This document shows, one piece after another, positions 14,084 through 27,748 of a DNA stretch of 64,000 bases (position 1 is the stretch's first letter; every line of letters begins with the position of its first letter). Both the position numbers and the translations under genes were made by a program. The stretch is taken from positions 65,844,001 through 65,908,000 of the forward strand of contig NC_043009.1 of assembly GCF_006345805.1 (NCBI RefSeq), in the 5' to 3' direction. Under the pieces are notes generated by a model that was given only the letters and a program-made list of their open reading frames with translations, was not told where the DNA came from and did not search any database. The stretch comes from Octopus sinensis. Its lineage: Eukaryota.

Positions 14084-14622
14084 TCATATGCATGTATACA
14101 CACACACGAAAGAACGTTATCCTCGCATGAGGAATCACCTAAGCTGTTTAAAGGGGGATTGAAGAAGGGTATATGGCAATTGAGGGGTGAATATGAGGTC
14201 AGATTTTGTAGAACATTGACATAAACACTTACTGCTGGCGAAAATTCAGTCGGAACCACATCTAAATCTATCCAGATGGCATGGCTGGATTCAAGCCTTG
14301 TCCAACACAGAATGTCCATGGATATTTTCAGAAGTTCTAGCTTCCTACTTGAATCATGGCTAAAGCCAAGCCAAATGGCGGTTTCTCATCCGCACCTGAA
14401 TAGATTGCCTTCATTCGTTATCATTTCCGTTTTATACGTTTTTATTTTGCTTATTTATTCCTCTATTTCTGCTTTGTCCAGATTTTAATGTCTTTAGACA
14501 CTGCGTAATAAATTTGTACCTCACAGTTAATTTTTATATAAGTGTGTACTCACTAAATATCTTGTAGCCACCTTTCTTTGTAACATGTTCTACTGTTGAA
14601 TGGGCCGCCGTGGCAAATAAAC

Positions 14623-14668
<46 letters not shown>

Positions 14669-15028
14669 ACCGATTGTGCGCTGGCACAATGTTGGAAGAA
14701 GGACTTGGCCGTATTTCTTCAGCTCCTTTCTGAATTCAAATCTCGCCGGGATGAACTTTACCATTCAACTTTTCAGAGTTCAATGAAATGAATTTCCCAT
14801 CAAGTCCTGGGGTCGGTGGTATTGACTCCCATTTTTCTCTCGAAATTGCTGGCGTTGTGTCTAAATTAGAAACCACCGCTTACCAGAAAATAATTTCAAC
14901 TGGTTAAACAGGAATACCTGGAGGAATTTATTGCTAGACACAAAAAAAGGCTTGCAAAAGGCGGAAAACTAACTCTCAAAACAAGAGCAGAACTAATACC
15001 ACAACCTGTCTCTGATGTTTTACTATTT

Positions 15029-15270
15029 TACACACACACACATACACACATACACACACACATACATACATACATACATACATACATACATACACACACA
15101 CACATACATATACATACATACACACATACATACACACATACATACATACACACATACATACATACACACATACATACATACATACATACACACATACATA
15201 CACACATACATACACACATACATACATACACACATACATACATACATACATACATACATACATACACTCA
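15029..15270. repeat. (TACA/CACA)n compound microsatellite
   Basis: Direct inspection. Source of the MYVC/HTYI ORFs. Confidence 0.95.
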
Positions 15271-15658
15271 TGCATATAGAAAATGCGTAATCACAAACAA
15301 TATACGTAACAGAAAAACATTGATATTTCTTAGAGAGGTAACACAGATATTTGGAGGGAAGGAAAGTTGTGGTGTTCATGCCGCTTCCAAATACTTTGAG
15401 TGTAAGTGAAAAAAACTCAAAATATTACTGTATTTCAATATCTTACAACATTAATAATAATAACAATAATAATAATAATAATAATAATCTTTTCTACTAA
15501 AGGCACAAGGCCTGGATTTTATAGTGGGGGGCAGTCAATCACATTGACCCCAGTGTTTCAATGGTACTTAATTTATCGACCCCATATAGGTGAAAGGCAA
15601 AGTCGACCTCGGCGGAATTTGAACTCAGAACATAAAGACAGACGAAATAACGCTAAGC

Positions 15659-15693
<35 letters not shown>

Positions 15694-16012
15694 TCCTTAT
15701 AGGCACAAAACACGAGACGTTTTGTGGGGAAATGGTCGGTTACATCAACTCAGACCAGATTACATCAACTCAGACCAGAACTTGAGTGATTCTTTATCGA
15801 CCATGAAAGGATGAAGCGCAAAGTTGACTTTGCTGAGAGTCGAACTCAGAAGGTAAATAACAATTGCATTTAACAGAGGCAAAAGATCATAAATCTAAAG
15901 AATGAAAAACAAAGCCGATCTCGGTAGGATTTGAACTCAGAATGTAAAAACTGAAAATACTGCGAAGTACTTTGCATTTATGCCTTTAATATATTTTTTC
16001 CCCTAATAATAG

Positions 16013-16142
16013 CGGTAATGTTATCTAAATTATATTGGAAGAAAATTACTAACGATACGATAAAGGAAAACATCGATCGTGAAATGGCATCACTGATGAT
16101 GCAAACCGAGCTGGTATTAGCTACAGAGAGGAGGCCCTTAAG
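16013..16142 (+). other. Candidate exon of an unidentified plus-strand transcript
   Basis: ttttttcccctaataatag| ... TTAAG|gtaagt with open frame VMLSKLYWKKITNDTIKENIDREMASLMMQTELVLATERRPL. No recognised homology. Confidence 0.3.
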
Positions 16143-17365
16143 GTAAGTTTTTGTTTGTAGACGTAAAAATCCTTAACCCATTAAGTCCCAGAATTTTTAA
16201 ATTTCTGAACTTTTAAATTTTTACAGATGATTGAAAATAGGTTAAAATGAAAAAAAAATTAATTATTAAAACTCCTTTACTTCAAGTAGAAATAGAAATA
16301 CTCGGTGTCCTATAAATAGGACACTGAGACAATGTGATATAGCTTATTTAAGGTTCTCATTTAGTGTCCTATTTAAAGGACAGTGGGACTGAATACAATA
16401 TTTGGTGCATTAACCAAATACAATATTTGGTGTATACAATATCTGGTGTATAAAATTTACACTCCCTATTCCCGATACCCACTAGATCAGACCTGCAAAA
16501 TGTTGGGTAGATACAGAACCTTCAAGAAATGGTTAGTTTTGTACTTAGGTCTTCACTTAACCAATTTATGTTTCAAGATTTAAATGCAGGTTCCCTCTGG
16601 GTTAAAAACTTGAAACGCCCGGTTTCGGCGCTAAAAGTTTGTTGACAGAATAGCTTTAAGGAAAGATTTTTTAAAAACCATTTTTATGCTAGCGTAGTTC
16701 TGCAGCCCTGATCAGTATTGTAAGTAGTTATAGTCATTCTAAAATTATTTAGGAAAATTTAAGCTAAGAACATCATTCCCCTCTTAAATTGTTAAAATAG
16801 GAGGAGCAATATTGAACTAACTAAACTGCTATATTGAGCAAGTTGGACGAATATGCCGAAGATTGTTGGTCTAAGATTTTCTTGGTATTTAAATGGGTCA
16901 AACTATAAGAAAAGGCATGAATGATGGGCTTTACACATTTATTTGTGCATCGCAGACTTACAGCTGTTTCTGATGTGCGTTCAGAATTCCGTTTTCTTAA
17001 TCGGTCGACTTGATCGATAGAAAACATGAACGACCTTTACAAATACTATCGTCTTCGGGGTTCGCATTGCAAATGCCAAAGTAAACAAAAATAATATTAA
17101 AGGTATGAAAAGGGGAGCGAAGATTATATAATCGGTCATCTCTGACCCCTGTTCCTGGGAGGGTTGTCGGAGTAGAGTCTTTAGACACCTCCATCATAGG
17201 GTCCTGTCAGGTGCAACCATCATTACACTTTCCAGTTCCAATTGGATGCCCGACCAACCGAGACTGGATATTGTGTCTTACTTCAAAGGTTACAATTTGC
17301 AAAATGCTTCATCTGAAGAATGGTTTAGCTGGGTACAGAATCACCAAATAGTGCGTACGCGCGCA

Positions 17366-17409
<44 letters not shown>

Positions 17410-17615
17410 ATCCAAACAAGAAAGCACAAAAAAGAACACAACAACGCGAGGACGTGGAACAAATATAGTATTATTGGACGCTCAGGAAGGAAGGGAAGAA
17501 GGAGGGTTTAACGTTTCGAGCAGAGCTCTTCGTCGGAAACATAGGAGAAGGAAAGATCCAGAGAAGGGAAGACAGAGGAAAAAAATCGCCAACGGTACAC
17601 ACGAGGTCACATTTT

Positions 17616-17668
<53 letters not shown>

Positions 17669-18457
17669 CCTTTGCTGTGCAATTTTAGTTCATCTAAGCG
17701 AGATGTTTAATCAGCCAGACTAGTATTTGGTGCTCATGTATGCGTGTCCATGAACAGTTTGCAAGTCTCTGAAACGGAGCTAGGAAAGGTCTGGGAACCT
17801 ACAAACGTTAGAAAGAATATTTAAGCAACAGCTTATATAAAAACTTTTTAGAATATATTTTGCATTGCAGCACCTGCTTCCCTTTCAAATTCTATTGTCT
17901 TGGAGAATCAGACATGAATGATACGATGGTTTTAATACAAGATACAAAATCATGTTTTGTTTTTTTGTTTTATTTAGAAAGTTTGGTTGCTATCAATTAT
18001 TTAGATCCAGGTTAGTATTGCTTGACCAGACTAGGGTCAAAAGCCTCCTAGCAGTGACCATTTTGCCTTTATGTTGGGCATACAGGTTTAACTTCAGGCC
18101 ACACTGTCCTACATCTTTTTTAACAAAAAAAGAAAAGTTGAGAGAAAATGGATCTTATTTCTAACAGATCGAACGAACACGTAGAGAGTTCCTTTAGTCC
18201 ACCCCTTTCGTGCTAGAGTCGGGGTGCTTGTTTTGTAAGAATTTTCCTGCTGTATTTAGCTGTGCTTGGAATATGGAAATATCTAATCCCAACACTTTTG
18301 GGAAGAGATTAAGGACTCCATTTAAGGAGCCGATTTCAGTTTTTGCGTTAACACTTTTCCCATGGAAAACTTGCACAGCCTCCCTCAATATGTTAGTGTA
18401 GGATTTAGGATTTGTTTTAGCTTGGTAAATGATACTGTGAGGTCAGCCCTGAGACTG

Positions 18458-18686
18458 TTAACCCCTTTAGCATTTAAGCCGGCCATATCCAGCCAAAGTA
18501 TTCTACCCGTTTTATCTTTAAACTGGTCAGATCTGGCCTTTTACACTTCCCCAACAGTGTCATTTTAAAAATAAACAATCACGTCATCAAAATCTCAAAG
18601 CTATGAAATAATGAATGATTAATTCAAAATGACATGAATACTCAAGCGTTTCATTTGACAGAGCAATCTGAACGCTAATGGGTTGA
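18458..18686. mobile_element. piggyBac-type MITE
   Basis: TTAA-CCC(C)TTTAGC ... GCTAATGGG-TTGA ends. A related copy lies at about 63240-63440. Confidence 0.7.
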
Positions 18687-18819
18687 GGGTTGAGGGTTTA
18701 TCAAATGACCCAGGATCAAGATGTGTGCAGGAAATGTGTTGTATTTACAGACCCAGCCAACCCAGACAGATTAATGAGAGTACAAAAAATAAAATAAAAA
18801 GGATGTTGATATGAAGGAA

Positions 18820-19560
18820 GATGACAACGGATATGATGGTGAGGGTGATAAAAACAACGATGATGATGATGATGGTGATGATGATGACGAGATGATGGTG
18901 AGGATGATCATAATGGTGTTGGACTAACTTCTTGAATGCTTAAATGATGTTTATAATGATTGTTGTTAATGTTAATATTTCTACTTTTAATGTTTAGATG
19001 ATGGTAGAGATGAATGTGCTGGTTATAGTGGTGGTGGTGGTGGTGGTGGTGGTATTATTAATGGTGGCAGTGGTAGTTGTGATGATAGTTTTAATGCTCT
19101 GGTGGTAATAATAGTAGCTATACTGATGATGGTTGTTTGCGGTGATGGTTGGATGAGGCTAATGGTAGTGGTCGTCGTAGAACCGGTGCTGGTGCTGAAG
19201 CTAATTGTAGTGGGAGGGTGTAGGAGTGGTAGTGAGGGTGTTGATGATGATGATGCTGTTGATGTTAATGGTGAAGAGGATATTGTTGCTGTTGAAGCAG
19301 TTTCGTTGATGGTGGTGGTAGTAGTAGTGGTGGTGATATACTATTGTTATTGATGGTGATGTTGACATTGTTTTGATGTTTGTTGGTTGTATTAATTTTG
19401 TTGTTGTTTATTGATGTGTTGCTGATTTTGTGATGATGATGATGCTGCGCTGTTGATAATGGTGCCTTGACGTCATGTTGCTGATGTGTTGATGTTGTGT
19501 GAAGATTATGTCGGTGTTGATGTTGTTGTTGCTGTTGTGTAGATGGTGAGTTGATGGCAG
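18820..19560. repeat. Degenerate (GAT/GGT/GTT)n low-complexity tract
   Basis: Imperfect trinucleotide runs. Confidence 0.85.
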
Positions 19561-21109
19561 TGTGATAAGATGACCTATGACAACAAGTAACCTGTATTGT
19601 CCATAGTAATAATAGTTAAACTAGATCACAGATTCGCTGAGAGCATTTTCAATAGGAGATTAATGTGACTCCCCCATAAAATTCTCATGGGTGAGCTGTA
19701 CACATTAGTGACCCAATAAAAGTATTATGTGATCCTGTACATTAATTAAATCAACTGAAACAAAAATTACAGACTACATACAAATATAGACAACCAAATT
19801 AAGAAACACTTACAAAACTGGTGTTTCTAACAACACTTGAAAAAAGGGGTCTCGAATAACATGGTAGCCCTCTAAAATGTAGTGTCTAATAGACTAAAAT
19901 TCAGCATCTAACAACACTTCAAAACATGGCATTAAATAGGGTTCTTATCCATCTAAAATGGAGTGCCTAAAATAATAAAATCCTGTATAAAGCATCTCTT
20001 TAAAATGGTGCATGGAACAACATGGTGCAATAAAGGGGCAGCATAAAAACAGTATGGTGCCACTCCAAACAAGAGTGTCAATGCTGCCTCACAGTAAACA
20101 GGAATGTCAAATTATGTGACATTTTGATTTGGTGCCAATTAATACAATAACATGATCGAAAACAGAATAACAGATAAGACCGTAAATCTCTAAAATGAAG
20201 GATCAAACAACATTGTAACTCTCTAAAATGAAGTACCAGATAGTGCTATAACATGGAAAACAAAATTAACAGCAATGGAAAACTCTAAAGCCTTTTACTA
20301 AAATAGCCTTATAAGCGTCTTGTAAAAGAGTAGCAGACAACGTTGTGAAGCCCTGCATGCTATAGCGTGTAACAATATTCTTGTAGATTGTAATTCATAG
20401 AACGGTAACAGAACGTGAACACTGAGAGCATCTTGGGAGAGACGCAGTCATGCAAGACGGATGTTATTTTATATGGTGGAGCCAGGGACAACAACTTCAC
20501 AGAAGAGCGAATTGGAATATTGCTCACTATGTTAAGATGGAGGATAGTGTGTCGTTTATATACAGATGTGTTTATTAAGACTAATTGAGTATTTATTAAT
20601 ACTACAACACTGTACAACTGAAGCTTTAATAATATTGTTTGATATCTTAAATGGAGTGTATACTGACATTCGTTAACACTTTTAGTGGAGTGCCTACACT
20701 ATACAACTAGATAACTCACAACATCAATAAATTTATATTCATATATAAGGGGAGAATTCACAAAAAAAAAACAAAAGACAAAGTCAGGTGGTGTAGACAA
20801 CTAACAGATGTATTAGTTTAACGCTCGGGAAGTGAAAAAGTCTTGAACGTCTCAAGCCTACGCTCTTCCACAGAAAGAAACAAGGAGAGAAACAAGGAGA
20901 GAAAATAATGTGTGGTGGCTAGCGATCTATCATGGTGAATATATATATATATATATCAAAACAGCTTGATTCACACTCCTAGGTACTCCAGTGGCTGAAT
21001 ACTAGCCACACATTTGAAACTCAGAGTACCAACGAGTCTGAATCAAACTGTTTTGACCGACACATGTAACTCCCAATAAATGTGCTGAGTGCCCTGCTTT
21101 CATTTTGTC

Positions 21110-21143
21110 TACTCATATATATACATACATACATACATACATA

Positions 21144-21183
<40 letters not shown>

Positions 21184-21372
21184 TAGTATATATGTATGTA
21201 TATATATATACATTAGTATATATGTATGTATATATATATACATTAGTATATATGTATATATATATATATACATTAGTATATATGTATATATATACATTAG
21301 TGTATATGTATTTATTTATATATATACATTAGTGTATATGTATTTATTTATATATATACATTAGTATATATG

Positions 21373-21404
<32 letters not shown>

Positions 21405-21640
21405 ATATATTATATATATATATATATACATTAGTGTATATGTATTTATTTATATATATACATTAGTGTATATGTATTTATTTATATATATACATTAGTG
21501 TATATGTATTTATTTATATATATACATTAGTGTATATGTACTTATTTATACATATACATTAGTGTATATATATACATTAGAGTATATATATACTTATTTA
21601 TATATATTAGTTTATATAAATATATATATTTACATTAGCG
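21110..21640. repeat. AT-rich minisatellite (unit about tatatatacattagt(a/g)tatatgtat)
   Basis: cattagt anchors recur with variable (TA)n spacers. Confidence 0.9.
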
Positions 21641-21765
21641 CATGTTTGTGTGTGTATATATAATGTCAAACAAGAATTTGATTGACAGTGGCTTCAAAGT
21701 TTTGGCCAGTTAAGCCATCATCAGATTGCAATGCACTGAAGTTGATCTAGGCTTCATCATTCAAT

Positions 21766-21800
<35 letters not shown>

Positions 21801-22234
21801 AACACCTACACACACATGCACACAATGTGAAGCTTCCAATCACATGTGTCAGTATATAATCGCAATGTAAAATGAAATTATCTCCAATGGGCAAATCCCT
21901 AAAAGTAAATCTATAAACACAACAACACTTTATATGTATAAAGTCTAGCAACCAAAAGTTATTTAAGACTGTTAAATAATTCAGAATGAAGTTCTGAGTC
22001 AGGCTGTGCAACACTTGAAATGGAGTGTTAAATCCTACCCTTTAAAGACTAAAGAATTGTCTCACAATTTCATTTGCTTCATAAAACTGTTGAACAATTA
22101 AAATGGAGTGCTGGATTACACTGCTTTGACACTGCAGAGTCGATCACTACTTTTCTAAACACTTTAAAAAGGTGCACTTACAGCACTAAATTATTAGACA
22201 TATTTAACAACAGCACTGTTAAACAACCTAAATA

Positions 22235-22468
22235 TATTTCTTTATTGCCCACAAGGAACTAAACACAGAGAGGACAAACAAGGTCAGACAAAGGGACTGA
22301 GTCGATTATATCGACCCCAGTGCGAAACTGGTACTTAATTTATCGACCCCGAAAGGATGAAAGGTAAAGTCGACCTCGGTAGAATTTGAACTCAGAACGT
22401 AACGACCGACGAAATACTGCTAAGCATTTCACCCGGCACGCTAACGAGTCTGCCAGCTCGCCACCTTA
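22235..22468 (-). mobile_element. SINE family A
   Basis: Full head, core and tail. Confidence 0.85.
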
Positions 22469-23025
22469 ACTAAATAGTCTAATGACACTTTGCTTTCACA
22501 CATTAAACACAAAATAGCAAAACACCAAATTGACACTATTATCACAAGAGTGATGTTCATTCTTAAATAAACCACAATATTTCAAATCTTCAAAGGGAAT
22601 GAGAAATACTACATTTTTAATGCTGCAAAAAGTTTAGTCTAGTGAGATGAATTTCATTCGAATTTAATTTAATTTAATTAAATCAATTTAATGCAGTAAA
22701 TTGGAATTAAAAGAATGTTGTTGAATGCTTTAAATGGAGTGTTGAGCTACATTTTTAAACACCTGCAATGGAGTGTTAAATAATATTTGAGAAGGTCTTT
22801 CAATAACTTTGACAACAAAGTATATCTCAATAACTGTGATAACATTAAAAGAGATGAACAAAGAGATGTACAAAAGGCTCCTAAAATTGAGTTGTTTTTT
22901 TTACCCCCAAAAACTGTGACAATTCAAAACAGAAAAACCAAAGGTCAAACCACATTTGACTCTGTCATCAAATCAAATAACTTTACTACCTCAGCACTAA
23001 AAGACTTGCAGACAGTGAAAATAAA

Positions 23026-23056
<31 letters not shown>

Positions 23057-23519
23057 ATGTATTTATCACCCAGAGATCCACACAAGCTACAACCGAAAAT
23101 CTGAAGCAAACTACACACAACATGTTAACACTTGCATCTTATAAAACAGATGTGGAGTGGAAATAATTTCCCCATTTCATCGACACCACATGGATTGCGG
23201 TGCCGATAAAATTATCTTGATGATGAAAGAATTATCTAAATGGCTGGTGTTGATAGAATTATCTGGATGGTTGGTGGTGCTAGAACTATCAGCATAATGG
23301 TGTGAAAGTTGAGAATATTTTTATGTCAGCACATCATGATGAAAATAAAGCTTTGCAACTGTTTTGTCTCAACACAGGGAATTACCGAAACAGTTGCCAG
23401 GTTTTCTGTGATTCCAAAGTTTACAGCAATGAAGAATTCTCAGTTTGGTAGAGTGAGCCATTAGGAATTAAGTTCAAGTGACAATTTGAAACCCCAAGAA
23501 TTTTCTGCAATCAATCTTT

Positions 23520-23731
23520 TTATCTTTTATTTCTTTCGTAGACTGTGGCCCATGCTGGGGCACCGTTTTGAATTTTTGTTGAATGAATCGACCCCAGTAC
23601 TTATGATTTTTAGGGGCCTGACACATTGTATCAGTCCCTTTTGCCAAACTGCTAAGTTGTGGGAACAGTGACACATCACCACCAGTTGTCAAGTGGTAGA
23701 GGAGGACAGACACCCACATGTGTGTGTGTAT

Positions 23732-23762
<31 letters not shown>

Positions 23763-23935
23763 CATACATTCCAAGGGGCTTCTTTCAGTTTCCACAACCA
23801 AATTCACTCACAAGGTTTTGGTCAGCTGAACCCAAGGCTATAGCAGAAAACACTTTCCCTAGATGCCATACAGTGAGACTGAACCTGGAACTATGTGGTT
23901 GGGAAGCAAACCTCTTACTGCACAACCACATATCT
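23520..23935 (-). mobile_element. SINE family B, diverged
   Basis: Reverse-complement match to family B. Confidence 0.75.
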
Positions 23936-24309
23936 GCCTGTTGTTGTTGTTGCTTCTGTAGTCAACTCAGTTATGGTCACATTTGTTGTTCCTTGAAATT
24001 CTTCAATTATCCCATCATGTTCCATTTTATTGTTCCTGCTGTTACCGTTGCTTTCTCTCTCTCTCGTCCTTCTCAGTTATTACAGTTGTTACCTGAGGCT
24101 TCTTTCCTTTTCTCTTTTCTTTTACCTTTTGATTTCTTTCTTCTGAAACTATTTGGCCAATATTTTATTGTGTGGCACCTAATTGTCCAGTTTTATATTC
24201 CTCTGTACAGTATTATTTATTATGATGTGGAAAACATGACGGTATATTTAGTTTGTATTTCTATTTTTACTAACATGTCCTATGTCTCACAGGAAGCACC
24301 AACCAATCG

Positions 24310-24520
24310 TGGCCGTAGTCAGCCTCGCCTGGCACCTGTAGCACGTCAAAAGCACCCACTATACTCACGGCGTGTTTGGCATTAGGAAGGGCATCCAGCT
24401 GTAGAAACACTGCCAGATCAGACTGGAGCCTGGTGCAGCCTTCTGGCTTCCCAGACCCCAGTCGAACTGTCCAACCCATGCTAGCATGGAAAACGGACTT
24501 TAAACGATGATGATGATGAA
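24310..24520 (+). mobile_element. SINE family C (core ttggcattaggaagggcatccagctgtagaaac, Meta-domain-like; (GAT)n tail)
   Basis: The same core occurs at about 33225, 49630-49990 (minus), 57185-57365 and 61880-62010. Confidence 0.7.
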
Positions 24521-25199
24521 AATGTCATCATACCTTCACTGAACATGTGGAGGTACATTCTCTTTCTGTTCTCCCTTTTTGCTGTCATCTTCCCAGTTTC
24601 ACTGGAATATTAAAATGACAGTGAAGAAACTACGGGCTTCTACTGAAGATAACCTGGTGCAGGTTCACCTTCTGTCCTTCCTCTTTTACAGACTGGAATA
24701 TATTGCCAAAGATCAAATGGTTGTAATGTGTCTTTACCAAAGAACACACAGCAGATTCACCTTCTGGTCGTTCCTCTTGCTGACATCTTCCACGTTTCAC
24801 AGATGTTAATTGAGATTTCTTACTTTGTTAAAGGAAGAAAATGCTGTGAAGTCACTCATTTCCAGGATCCTGATGTTATTTTGGTCCTGAAGGAAAGAAA
24901 TTTACTTCTTACTCACAAGGTCCAGTGTTCAAGTCTACTGTACAGCACCTTGGACAAGTGTCTTTATCAGGTCTTGTAAGTGAATTTGAACTGACAGGAA
25001 CTGTTATGGAAGCACATTGGATGGACTGTTGTCTGTGATTTGAAGACCCACTTTATTACTCACTGAGTCACACTCTGATTCTATCTGAGGATACACAGTA
25101 TCTGTGGAATATTCAGCCACATTCCTATTCTTGAAACCAGAAGAAAAATAGTCACCATTTCATGGTGCAAAGTCAGATAATAAATATATAACAGGAATA

Positions 25200-26425
25200 A
25201 TAATAATAATAATAATAATAATGATTCTTTCTACTGGAAGCACAAGGCCTCAAATTTGGAAGAAGGGATTAAGTCAATTACATCGACCCCAGTGTGTAAC
25301 TGGTATTTATCTGATTAACCCCAAAAGTCAACCTTGGCAGAAATAATAATTCTTTCTACCATAGGTATAAGACCTGAAATTTGAGGGGATGGGGTAGTCA
25401 ATTTCATCAACTCCAGTACTCAACTGGCACTTAATTTATTGACCCTGAAAGGATGAAAGGCAAAGTTAACCTCAGTGGAATTTGAACTCAGAACATAGCA
25501 TCAGGCAAAATACTGTTAAGCATGCTAACAATAATAATAATAATAATAATCATTTCTACTATAGACACAAGACCTGAAATTTGGGTGGGGAGCTAGTTGA
25601 TTCCATTAACTGATGCTTATTTTATCGAACCCCAGAAAGAGGAAAGGCAAAGTTGAACTTGGCAGAATTTGAACTCGGAATGTAACAACAGGCGAAATAC
25701 TACTAAGCATTTCATCCAGCGTGATAATAATAATTTATGCATTCAACATGAGGAGGCCATAGACATTACAATGAGGAACATATGTTTTTTGAACTGACTC
25801 CCAAAAATATTACTGGTACTTACTCGGTCATCCCTAGATGGTTGAAATACTCATTTAGCACTCCACTACAGAATTTCATCCTATAATACTGAGGGGTGAT
25901 ATTATCTCTGCCCCTCTGGAACTCCTACCATTTAGTCAATCGCTCTAGTATATCTATTTCTTTACAACCCACAAGCGGCTAAACACAAAGAGGACAAACA
26001 GATTAAGTCGATTATATCGACCCCAGTGCGTAACTGGTACTTAATTTATCGACCCCGAAAGGATGAAAGGCAAAGTCGACCTCGGCGGAATTTGAACTCA
26101 GAACATAACGGCAGACGAAATACAGCTATGCATTTCGCCCGGCGTGCTAACAGTTCTGCCAGCTCGACACCTTTATATCTACCACATGACCTGCCTCGGT
26201 AATAATAATATTGGTTTCAAATTTTGGCACAAGACCAGCAAGGTCAAGGGAGGGCTAAGTCAGTTACATCAACCCCAGTGTTCAACTGATCCTTATTTTA
26301 TCAACCCCGAAAAGATGAAAGGTAAAGTCAACCTCAATGGAATTTGAACTCAGAACGTAAAGACAGACGAAATGCTTTTGAGGATTTTGACTCCTGCAGT
26401 AATGCTTCTGTCATCTTGCCACCTT
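25200..26425 (-). mobile_element. Cluster of family A SINE copies separated by (AAT)n tracts
   Basis: At least five cores in the same orientation. The best-preserved copy is 25953-26167. Confidence 0.8.
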
Positions 26426-26814
26426 ACACCAAATTAACAATTCTTTCTAATTTTGGCACACAAGGTCAGCAGTTTTGAAGAGAGAGAGTATTAGTTGTTT
26501 ACATTGACTGCCCCTCCCCAACAGTGCCTTTGGGCAAAATCAAACCCAGGCAGAATTTCAACAGAATACATAAAGAGCTGGAACAACTGCTGCCAAGCAG
26601 TTTGTTTGATGCATACATATTCTTTTTCTGAGAAGATGCTTTATGAGAAAAACCATGAAGTAATACCATCATTCATACTTCAGTGGTGAGTGTTTCACAA
26701 ACACTTTTGCCTTTAATAAGAATTTCTCTTGCGTTTGAATGTACACAAACGTGTTAAACATCAATGTACTATCATACAGACCTTATATTTCAATCAACAC
26801 TGCCTTTATATATA

Positions 26815-26856
<42 letters not shown>

Positions 26857-27049
26857 TTTAATTTTGATTCAATTCAATCCTTGGTCTGTCACTGTGGTGC
26901 AGCAATACTTTCAAAGAAATCGCCAGTTGTTAAGTCTGGTACTTGGCCTATTGGTCTCTTTCATCAAACTGTTAAGTTATGGGAGATGTCAACAAACCAA
27001 CACTGGTGGTCAAACTGTTGGGAGGGAACACATAGATGCTTACATATAA

Positions 27050-27092
<43 letters not shown>

Positions 27093-27705
27093 ATATATAT
27101 ATAAACACACAACAGGCTTCTACACATTTTCTCTCAACCAAGTCCACTTACAAGGCATTGGTTGACCCTGGGCTATATAACAGAAGACACTTTGCCATGG
27201 GAGAAAATTACTCTTGGTGGTTACTTAGTTTCTGCTTTTGGTTCCATACTGGTTTACCAATTTCAAACTATTGCAGTGTGGAACATGAGTCATCCAAGAG
27301 TTTGTCAGTAAAACATCTGACGTGCAGATCTGTCTCTTCTGTCTTATTTCTTGGCTTCTCTTTTTCAATTGTAAATCCAGACTTGAACTTCTGCGATCTA
27401 TAAAACAGATGATAGATATTCCATAGCTGCAATCTGGAGTATGATGGTGAACTGTATCTCCATAGTTTCCTCACTCATTCAAGTCCAAGGAAGGCATAAG
27501 ACAGGTAGGAGCAGTTGTGATGCTCTGCTCACCTGGATGGCTTCCGTTCAAGTATTATTGGTCTTTGGGTGGTGGAGTTTTCATCTTGCTATACTAGAGT
27601 TCTGTTATTATCAACATAATGGTTCATAAAAAAAAAAGCACAGTGTTAAGAAAGAACTGAGCACAGAATGTGGTCATATACAATAGCGAGTGAGGTTACA
27701 ATGTA

Positions 27706-27748
<43 letters not shown>

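Noticed and set aside
23693-24385. Longest ORF in the track (230 aa)
   Set aside because: Runs through a SINE, a microsatellite and T-rich low-complexity sequence, with no protein-like signal.
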